NCBI RefSeq assembly: GCF_964204865.1
Contig: NC_135262.1
Span: 15,066,001 to 15,130,000 of the forward strand
DNA from: Styela clava
Lineage: Eukaryota
Direction: 5' to 3'
Length of the DNA stretch: 64,000 nucleotides
The notes under the pieces: model-generated
What the model was told of the DNA's origin: nothing
The model's database searches: none
What the model saw: the letters and a program-made list of their open reading frames with translations, nothing else
Position numbers and translations under genes: made by a program
Shown: positions 12,347-22,364 of the stretch, piece after piece
Layout of the letters: every line of letters begins with the position of its first letter
Numbering within the stretch: the stretch's first letter is position 1

Positions 12347-13685
12347 TATGGTGGCCCATCGTTGTCACGCGTAAAATTGAAAATAAAAATAAAAAATAAA
12401 ATAAAAAAACCGAAAATAAAAAAATTGTTGTAAAAAAACATAAAAATAATTAAAAAAAAAAATTTAAATTAAAAAAAAATAAATAAATAAAAATGAAATG
12501 AAAAACAAAAAAAAAATTAAAAAAATAAATTGAATAAAAAGAAAATAAAAAGGTTGACAACGATGGTCCGCCTCGTGGCCCATCGTTGTCACGCGCTTTT
12601 ATTTTTAGAAAATTTGCTTCTGCTTGGGACCAACGTTGTCAGGCTTAATCCTACGCGCACAAATGTGTTCCCTGGGTTTCAAACTCACTACTGATTTTCT
12701 TGAGCAATATTCAATATGAAAATGTTCTATAAATTCTCCATGCTACAAGTTCAACAAGAAGTAATATATTTATAATAATGATAAGAGAATATAGAATTGA
12801 ATACGAAAATTCGGAAAATTTGTTTTTACGTGTATAAGGTAATTTAATTGGAGAATGCTGCTTAACTACTCAGTTGTCTGGACACTCGCGATGCCGGTAC
12901 CGTCTTACCAAATACCGGTAGTCGGTTATAGTCGCTTTGCGTCTGACCGTACCGGTAGCCATACAATCACTCATGAAAGAATATGAGATACGGATAGTCT
13001 CGTAGAATATAGACTATTGAAACACCCTCTGCGCCTGCCCCATACCGTACAGCCGTAACGTACCGATCCAGACAAATGATAAATCGCCCGTGCTCAACCA
13101 TTTATTTCAATCCATACCTCGACTCACTATATTCTACTAGGATCGAGGTATGGATTGAAATAAATGGTTGAGCACGGGCGATTTGTCTGGATCGGTACGT
13201 TACGGCTGTACGGTATGGGGCAGGCGCAGAGAGTTGAGTAGTCTATATTCTACGAGACTATCCGTATCTCTCATTCTTTCACGAGTGATTGCATGGGTAC
13301 CGGTACGGTCAGACGGTACCGTACCGGCATCGCACGAGTGTCTGAGCAGTTAAGCAGCATTTTCCAAAAAAATTATCTTCTACACGTAAAAACAAATTTT
13401 CGTATCCAATTCTATATTCTCTTATCATTATTATAAATATATTGCTTGTGGTTGAACTTGTAGCATGGAGAATTTATAGAACATTTTCATGTTGAATTTA
13501 TTGGATATTGCTCATGAAAATCAGTAGTGAGTTAGAAACCCAGGAAACACATTTGTGCGTGTAGGATTAAGCCTAACAACGTTGGTCCCAAGCAGCATCA
13601 AATTTTCCAAAAATAAAAACGCGTGACAACGATGGGCCACGAGGCGGACCATCGTTGTCAACCTTTTTATTTTCTTTTTATCCAA

Positions 13686-13716
<31 letters not shown>

Positions 13717-13903
13717 TTAATTTTAATTTTTTTATTAAATTTTTTTTTTGTTTTATTTTTCAATTTTTTTTTTTAATTTCAATTTTTTTTTTTTTTTCAA
13801 TTATTTTTATGTTTTTTCACAACTATTTTTTTATTTTCGCTTTTTCATTTTTTTTTTCATTTTTTTTTTTAAATTTTACACGTGACAACGATGGGCCACC
13901 ATA
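12347..13903. mobile_element. 1557-bp fold-back (palindromic) non-autonomous transposon
   Basis: Termini tatggtggcccatcgttgtcacg / cgtgacaacgatgggccaccata; arms 12347-13122 and 13143-13903 with a 20-nt loop; exact 6-bp TSD gtgtag (12341-12346, 13904-13909). Confidence 0.9.
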
Positions 13904-14299
13904 GTGTAGCAAAACTAGAAAATATCTACAATGTTAAGTGGCCTGCGCACCTATTAGTAACCTACATGTGGCCCTTCGGCCAAAAAGTTGGACGACCCTG
14001 GCGTACGGCATCTGTGACAATATGTGTTTTCCATGAATTGTAACTAAAATCTAAGGTGTAACAGTCAGTGAAGGTTCAATGAAACTTACATCTGCGCGAA
14101 GCTACACACAGTGTTATGAGGTTTTAATCGTGTAAGTTTGACTATCTGAGGTGAACTATGGCTAATTATTAGTAAGCTGGATTATAAGAAGGTTTCATGA
14201 TATTACAAATCTTTCAGGGGACTTTCGTCGAACTCCTGGTACGGATTCATCGAACCCCAGGTGTACGATCGAACCCAGGTTAAGAAACACTGCTCTAGA

Positions 14300-17200
14300 C
14301 GCAGTAAGTGGGTAGCGTGCATCACAGTTAATAACCGGCATTATGTCTGGCGTTTCGAAAGTTTTGTATTAGATTTATGTAAAGCGTGCCATGTGAAAAC
14401 AGCTTACCTAGTCACATACACAATACGTTTTTATGGCCTGGGGCAAAAACGGCACAACCAGCAAATCAACCAGTTGCCTCGTATCAAAAGTTGAATTAGA
14501 TGGTACGAGAAAGTCTGGTATTTTGTAGCTTCATTGCATCAGAAAGGAAGTACGATAGTAAGGCATAGTAGTATGGCACAACACACAAGCAAGCCTAGTG
14601 GCGACGTGAAACTCACGGCAACAACGGGAGGTTTAGAAAGTTGATACAATTCAAAATTTGGCAGGTACAGGGCAGAGCAGCTACTCATGGGTGCAGCTGC
14701 ATATTTATTGCTGTAATACTATTAGTGATTAAAAAATAGTTTATCATTGAATTTGTTTCAAGGGCCTTATTAAAAATCATGCCATAATCCGTCTCTTGAA
14801 ACGCCCTTTACACACTCCAAATTGAGAACACTCAGTGCCTGATAGAAAGAATCTAGTCCGACTCTCGACTCGATAGTGGGAAAATTTTGTCTACGAAAAC
14901 ATTTTGCATTTCCAAGGCTTTTAGGTCCAGTTGAAAATTTCGACTACCTATTTTCAAGATTATGGAAATTTGAAAACCGAATTATTTTGAGTGATTTTAA
15001 TTTCCTGATACTTTTTCAGATTTTCATTGGTATTTGCCATGGTATATAAGCAGAAACTGTTGTTTAGTTGCTCAAGCATTTACATTGCCTGCTCAATCAC
15101 AGTTGTGCTGTTCTTGTTCATGCAGCTGAGCAGTAAACAGCACGTTGAAACTATATACTTTCAACAATATGCGAAGTACTCGGATCAACATAGCACTAGT
15201 AATGAAAATTGTCCAGAGTATTCGCAAAGATTGAAAGGGAAACTCAAAGTCAATTCATCTGTTGTACCAACGGAGGATGCAGCCATGAAAATGGCGGGTG
15301 AACGCGTTATAAATGGGTGTTACGAACCGAAAGATTGCCATTCCAATCAGACGGTGGCTATAATAGTGCCGTACAAAAATCGACACCAGCATCTCATAAC
15401 GCTTCTGCATCACTTGCATCCAATTTTGCAAAGACAATCGTTGAAATATTGTGTGTTTGTACCCGAACAATACGACGACGGAGCATTTAACAAAGGACGT
15501 ATCATGAACGCGGGAGTTTTGGAAATTCTACATGAGGCTAGATACGATTTCGACTGCCTTGTATTCCATGATGTCGATATGCTACTCGAAGATGATCGAA
15601 ACCTGCACATCTGTGGTGATGCACCACGTCACTTGTGCCCCGCTATTGATAAATTCAACTATAAAGTGAGGTACGGAACGGGATTTGGTGGCGTGGGATC
15701 GATCAGAGTCGACCAATACAAGCTAGTAAACGGCCATAGTAACAGATTTTACGGTTGGGGTGGCGAAGACAGTGATATCGAATGTAGGTTCAAATTGAAT
15801 GGGTTAAAAACAGAAGCTAACGATCCACAATTCGGTCGTTATAAAATGATACCACATGAACATCCTTGGCAATTTGAACCAAAAAGTGGTATTGGAAGTC
15901 ATTTTCAAGCACGGGATACAAAACTTTTTGATATGAATGAAATAATATTCCCAAAATCTGATCTTAGTGGTATAAATAACATGAAATACGTCGTGAATAA
16001 TATTTTTAGACACAAACTTTACACAAAGATAAATGTTGACATTAGGATATTTGTGGTCAATAAGGCATCCGTTAGATTCGTTGGAAATTCTAATGAAGTG
16101 ATAGTAGAAAACCCATTTATAACGAATGATAGACTAGACAAGGAAAAAGAGAATTCGCGCATTCAAGGATATGGTCTAGATGCCGGGGACCAATATCCTA
16201 ATCATGAATGCACGTACAAACATTTCGAAGGGAAAACTGTCAACTTGACATTAGGTCAAAAAGTTAGTGGTACATACGACATCCCATACCGCAATCTAGA
16301 AGAAGCCAAGTCAAAATGCACAAATTTACAACGGTACTGCGGATCTATTGTGGAAACGTCTCCTGGTGTGTATTTTCTACGTTCTTCCTCTTATCTTCAT
16401 GAAAATATTCTAAAATACAAATTTGGTCGTCATCGCCAAAGCATATTTACCGAAAGACATGAAGACATTTCGGTATACGTTAAAATTTGTTCAAGGGATA
16501 TCCGTTATTTACAAATATTTGAAGCACCTGTGATATTACAGGATGAATTTCCATTGAAAGCGATCGAACACCAAGCTGAAGTTGAACTTCTTGTGTATAA
16601 CTTTGAAGACGTCAAGTTAAGTTACTCGGTTTCTGTGTATCCAGCACACAATGCAATCCTGAAAGAGAGGGAGGCAGTTTTTAACACGTCACTCGGAATA
16701 TATGATTCCTTGATATTCACATATTCAAGTTCAGTGGAATTCTTTAGCATGAGTTCATCGAATAAGTTTGAAGCCGTGATAGGAAAATCTAAACTTAATA
16801 TGGAGACGTTAGTAGAAAAACGGAAAAGTTTTCGAATCAAAACACCAAAAATGAAGCTGCTTCTTAATCCAGGCTGCTATGTTTGCGAAAGCGTTATAAA
16901 AGATCAATTTGGCAGTCCACATATGAAATGGAAGTGGTGGTTCGAGATTAGAGGAGCAACTCCGGATATGGAAATCAAACTACTAGAAAATAACTTGCGC
17001 GTTGCCAAAGTAAGGAGTACAAAATTTACAGAAAAACTAACAGAAAGATTGTTTCAAAAATATCCTTCAATAAAACACCTTCAAATAGGGGACACTGCTA
17101 TTACAAATTTAATTCAACGTGACCAAAATGTTCTGATGCAGGGAATCTTCTGAAAACTACTATATCACGTATTGGCGCTGCTAAACGCAGGAAATCGGGG

Positions 17201-18487
17201 TGACGCATTCTGACCATTTAGAGTAGACAACCAAGTGGGGGGATTCAAGGGGTTGAGTAGAACCCTTTCTTGAAAGCGGTATTATCAGCTGACCTGTTTT
17301 CAAAATTTTGAATCCCACCACTGAGACAACGACCGTATCCATCAGGAAACGACCGCAAAAGATATGACATTTTTGTGAACACTTGCCATAACTTGATGGC
17401 AAAGATTGGGTTCAAGTTGAATTTCCCAAATATATAACTGTAAATATGCGCGATTGTAAAAAATCATTCAATGTTTTCGCGAGATAACGATTTAACAGGA
17501 TCCCGTTATGCTATTCAAACTGTTTTCAAGTCTATTTCACAATTTGTCGACTGAATAAAATTTTATGCAAATTATAACATTGGAGTTCACGGCAATGATA
17601 TGAGCGGCATTAGGCCGCGACTGGTCCACTAATAGGCAACAAGTGTTACACTCGGTACAGTTGTGAACTTGTGACACCTTTTTTACAGATGGTCATTTAA
17701 AAAAAAAACTGTTTAACTGTGTTTAAAAAAAGTCCTAGGAATTGTATCATATTTTCGGTACAAGTTAAGAATATCCAAAACTCAATTAAATTTATTTGAG
17801 CCTGATTATAGAATACGCTTTTTTTCTCACACAGACCAGAAATAATAATTCTATAAACATGCATTGAAAGCCCAATATCTCAAAGGTTACGCCATTTTGG
17901 CTCACACATTAGGCTTACTAAAACAAGTAATACTACTTTTATCGCATCCGTATTCATTGAAGAATGTCCTGAACATAAACCAGCGCGTTGTCTATTATCC
18001 CATAAATCATTGTGACTCACCTCATTCCCGTAGTTTATTTGTAATCTGTTGTTGTTGTTTTTATGAATATGCATTGTCAATTGGAGCTCCCATGTTGCGT
18101 TGTACATTTGCTATAATTGCTACTGTAATACAGCAACAAGCTGTCGCTGAGTAGATGACTCGCCGAACCTTTCGTGGCCCCTCGTCGACTACTATGAGCA
18201 AATATCTCTTTTCGTAATTTCATTAAATGTATTTTATATATTTCTTTCTTTATGTCGCATATTGATTTTTTTCACGGCGAAAATAAATGCCTGAATCTGA
18301 ATTGAAGGGATATCTGATGTTTCCAATATGGCTTACATTGATAGCATCTTGCCATCAGAACACCAGAGTAAACTACACAGTCTACTCTTTTTTTTGCAGC
18401 CAGTTAATATTTATTATTGAAATATTTCTGAAACTAATTAACTGTTATTCAGTACTTTATACCATTTTTTCGGAATGTCAATGAAAT
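14300..18487. repeat. Right arm of inverted segmental duplication (partner ~436-5080)
   Basis: Reverse-complement homology across gene and flanks; lacks a ~290-bp insertion (~1092-1383) and a MITE (~4923-5047) present in the left arm. Confidence 0.88.
15039..17153 (+). CDS. GT7 family beta-1,4-galactosyltransferase-like paralog (intronless, 704 aa)
   Basis: Same motifs as 2052-4217. GCCATGG start at 15039 with ttttcag acceptor ending at 15019. Stops ~17 codons before the homologous stop of the - strand copy; the homologous tail persists out of frame downstream. Confidence 0.93.
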   Translation: MVYKQKLLFSCSSIYIACSITVVLFLFMQLSSKQHVETIYFQQYAKYSDQHSTSNENCPEYSQRLKGKLKVNSSVVPTEDAAMKMAGERVINGCYEPKDCHSNQTVAIIVPYKNRHQHLITLLHHLHPILQRQSLKYCVFVPEQYDDGAFNKGRIMNAGVLEILHEARYDFDCLVFHDVDMLLEDDRNLHICGDAPRHLCPAIDKFNYKVRYGTGFGGVGSIRVDQYKLVNGHSNRFYGWGGEDSDIECRFKLNGLKTEANDPQFGRYKMIPHEHPWQFEPKSGIGSHFQARDTKLFDMNEIIFPKSDLSGINNMKYVVNNIFRHKLYTKINVDIRIFVVNKASVRFVGNSNEVIVENPFITNDRLDKEKENSRIQGYGLDAGDQYPNHECTYKHFEGKTVNLTLGQKVSGTYDIPYRNLEEAKSKCTNLQRYCGSIVETSPGVYFLRSSSYLHENILKYKFGRHRQSIFTERHEDISVYVKICSRDIRYLQIFEAPVILQDEFPLKAIEHQAEVELLVYNFEDVKLSYSVSVYPAHNAILKEREAVFNTSLGIYDSLIFTYSSSVEFFSMSSSNKFEAVIGKSKLNMETLVEKRKSFRIKTPKMKLLLNPGCYVCESVIKDQFGSPHMKWKWWFEIRGATPDMEIKLLENNLRVAKVRSTKFTEKLTERLFQKYPSIKHLQIGDTAITNLIQRDQNVLMQGIF

Positions 18488-18941
18488 AAATGATTCTGTG
18501 GAAAAGGTGGTCGAAAACATCAGTTTTAATGTTCGTTTCCATTGTTATATTTTTCTTCAAATTGTATAAATATGCATGCCAAAGCAACAAAAAATGGAAC
18601 ACTTTCCAAATTAATCAGTGAAGATACGGAAAAGAGGGTAGAGTAGGCTACTACGAAAACAGTTTAATTGGTTTGGTAATGATATGGAATATATATATAT
18701 TCATTTGCGCTTGCCGTTCAGTTAGTTTCCAAGTTTATAACAATTCAGCCAAAAACTTAATTTTTTCTATTTCATTGAACTTTATTTGCTTTGTTTCAAA
18801 ATAAAGCCACGTGAGAGTCAGTCGTACAGGCATTGGATTAGAATTAAGCAATATTGTAAATGAGAATCAAATATTCTAGCTCACACCGGTCCAAGGTTGT
18901 TGGCATCTGGGGCCACAATATTATTTTTGTATTGTTTGCGG

Positions 18942-19171
18942 GGTGCTCCCGAAGTATGCGAACCAAGATGGCGGACATCGGAACGTAACATGGGTAACAG
19001 GTTGGGCGATTATTTTTTTCCAATTTTCCCTATTTTAGTCCTATTATCAGTTCGAAGACTAGCCAAGAGCCTCCCGTTGTATTTATACCTAAAATTATGG
19101 CCTAACCCTAACCTAGTACACATATTACATTCCGATGTCCGCCATCTTGGTTCGCATACTTCGGGAGCCCC
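18942..19171. mobile_element. MITE with ~45-bp TIRs and internal CCCTAA
   Basis: TIR ggtgctcccgaagtatgcgaaccaagatggcggacatcggaa; exact 8-bp TSD gtttgcgg. Confidence 0.88.
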
Positions 19172-20112
19172 GTTTGCGGACTATAGGCTTACTGATATTC
19201 ATGGGGTGTTTCGTGATGCTGTTTTAAATTATATTCGTTTGGCGTCGACAAAACTAGCAGACATGCCCAGCAAGTACATTTTCTTCCATAACAAGTTGGA
19301 AAATCAAGTATATGGTTGGGTCTCAGCTACTATCGGCAACTACAGCCAACCTAATCTTAATAGATTCCTCATTCGATTATTAGTTGTCTACAAACCTAAT
19401 TAGCGGATATTTCAACAACAACTAAAAAAGATATAGAATCAAGTTCAAAGTCATTTCAGGCTATCGAAATCGAATACCTGGCCTAAACTAGGTAATAATT
19501 TGGGGCAGCCAATCACACTATTCCAGTACAACGTCAACATCACTTGTGTTCATTGATTGTCTAGATTAGCCCTAACACTAATCAATTCAACGACGTTAGC
19601 GATGTAACTAACATCTTCCGGTTATTTTTATAACGAAACAGCATCAAAATTTACATGCAAATGATTTTAGGATAAATGAAGAAACAATAGGGGAAGCCGA
19701 TTGCTTCAATGCAATAATTTGGCCAAATATTCGGGCCCAATTGGCCTAAAAATTAAATTGAAGCCCCGATCAAACTTCAGGTTTAAACAATTTTAAATCG
19801 ATTGTCTCAGTAGTTTTTCGTAACAACATCCCCAAAACATCCTCAAACTTCTGGTGTTATGGAGTCCGTGATAAGGTTATTATTTACGGACCCCAAAAGT
19901 AAATTTATAAAAATAAACACATTGTTACTTACCGATTAAAATTCCTGTGTAAATTGAAATCACTTCATTTAATGATTTGGATGTATTTGCTGTATTGTAT
20001 TTAAAAAATACACTTGACAAATATATATATTAATAAAGAAGTGTCGGAATGTGGCAACAAGAAGGTAATTGAAATATGGTGTTATCTATATTGGATAATG
20101 GGATATCTGAAT

Positions 20113-21264
20113 TAGAGATGTACCGATGTATCGGTATCGGCAATATCGGTCATTTTTTCGGTATCGACCATGTATCGGTATCGGTTAATGTAAGGCCGAT
20201 TTTTGATAGGGTCCAGGATGTTTTAAGAGATAAGTTGGAATACTACTTTTTAATTTATTTTTTGTCTGGAGAGATCGTGAGCTATGTGAGAGAGATCGTG
20301 AGCCATACATGTCCCCACCCCCGCGAGAGAATAGGATTCACGTGTTTTTAGCTATTCATCAGCCAAACTAGCTCAACTAATTTGGCTATTTTCGCTGTCA
20401 AATTTTAATATAAACATTTTTAATATTACATAGTAATTATGAAGAAATATATCGACACAGCACATAACAAAAAGCAACTAGGCGCCCAGTTTCAAATCAT
20501 ACAGTGGAATTGGGGTCCTTATTAACGGCACATGGACTTTTGGCACGGGTATAAATTCTGACTGTTTGTCGTCAAGTCACGAGTATCATTTAATCCGTCG
20601 ACATCGATAAACTAAATTCCGAAATTCAAAATATATGATAGCAATTGTAAAATATTTTATATTATAAAATATTAAGGTAAAAAAACATCTTCGACGGTTA
20701 TAGGTAGGCCTTCTTTTTGTCGGTGCTAATTGATATCCTTTCATTTTGGCTTTGACTTATTGCGTCGACGATAACGATTAGCCACGAAATAAAATATGTG
20801 TAAAATGCTTTTAATTTGAACGTAGGACGGCGGCGCTAGAATGTGTGGGTGATATTCGATATTCTTTTAAACACGAATAACGATATTCGAAGGTCGCGAT
20901 ATTCATATTAAGTTCAAATTGGACATCCGGGCTTATGAGTTTTCTAATTGAACACCGAGATTACTAGCGTTACTGTACAATGTATCTTAATCAGTTGAAG
21001 CAAACACCAAACATTAATTTCATATTATGTGATATATCTTTTTTTTCGATCTGAAATATTGTGTACTATGAACAACGCTCAAAGACCATTGTTTTAACCC
21101 GTCTGCCCTACACAGCACACCTAATTAAGTAATAATTACATAGTATCGGTATCGGAATATCGGCCTTTTTGTAGTATCGGCATATCGGTATCGGTATCGG
21201 CGTTTTTAGATGGTATCGGATCGGTATCGGTATCGGCGACAAAAGTGGCATCGATACATCTCTA
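20113..21264. mobile_element. Non-autonomous hAT (Ac-like) element, 1152 bp
   Basis: TIR tagagatgtaccgat/atcgatacatctcta; subterminal (gtatcg)n arrays; exact 8-bp TSD atctgaat; further copies at 35053 and 37877. Confidence 0.92.
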
Positions 21265-22364
21265 ATCTGAATTACTGCCCTGTTGTCTTTCGACGCTACT
21301 GTTGTAAAATTTTATTACTGACTTCATTGCTCCTTTGAAAAGTTACGAAAGTTACGAGGTAAATAGGAAAATAGCCATAGTTAAAGGGTCTTACAAAGTT
21401 TTGGGAAGATTGTAGAAAGGCGCTAATGCTGATTCTTCGTTTAACAACAGTAAATAACCAACAACAAGTAAATATACACTTTCTTACCCCTTAAGACTGA
21501 AGTAATTGATTTGTCCCTACGCAGAAGTTGTGAATTCATGCTATATTCATTAATACCACATTTGAGTTGTCATTGTTTTTAATAGAATTTATTTTACTAT
21601 GCCTTCGCTTTCATTAGTAAACAAAGATTGTAATGTTATCTGTATAGAGAAATACTGTCATTTTTCTATGTTACATACGAACTAGTGTGGCTCGTTGGAG
21701 TTAAATTTTAAGGCTATAATATATATAATAATTTCATCACAAATGAACCATAGTTACTAGATGATTCTGAGGTGTGAACGGAATTTATTCCCGTGGATGT
21801 TTATAGTATGTGACGGGATCGCTGGACGCCTGGACCCATGGTTCAGCCTATCACTGGAAGGACCACGTAACCCGCTTGTCACGTGGCAGCAGATTTTGCG
21901 CTTCCATATGGTCATGAACTTTTCAGATTACACAGTTATAATGACAACTTTACTGTGTATAATCTTAATCATATTACGAACAAACAAAAAAACATGCTGG
22001 ATGGCATGCTGGGATATGCCATCAAGGGCGACGGGATTTCGGTATTGAATTATTGCCCTCACTTATTCAGGGGCCTAGTTACTGAGACAACCGGCTGATG
22101 AAAACCAAGAGTCGACATTAAACAAACGAACTATAAACATGCAAAACTTTTTGATAAAGTGTTCTCAGGATATGAATCTCATATTTTACACCCAGATTAA
22201 AGGGACTCAATCAAATGGCAAAACACGCCTCTCGCTGCCAAGTAAAATGAAAATGTGAAGTTTTGCATCGAGATCTAAAACGCTAATACCTGCTACACTG
22301 CTTACTGTCAAAAAACAGTCAAAATAATTTTATAATTTATTGATTACAAGATTAAACTTCATTG

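Noticed and set aside
13521-13763. Lys-rich ORF (and the Phe-rich ORF 12100-12441)
   Set aside because: Translations of the A/T tracts in the fold-back arms.
17880-18154. ORFs conserved in both duplication arms (faint Gypsy gag-like LC..H...DA.K)
   Set aside because: The other arm (~800-1090) has in-frame stops and the similarity is too weak to call.
20110-20190. (gtatcg)n arrays as a CRISPR or satellite
   Set aside because: Subterminal repeats of a hAT element with TIRs and TSD; no repeat-spacer structure; eukaryotic context.
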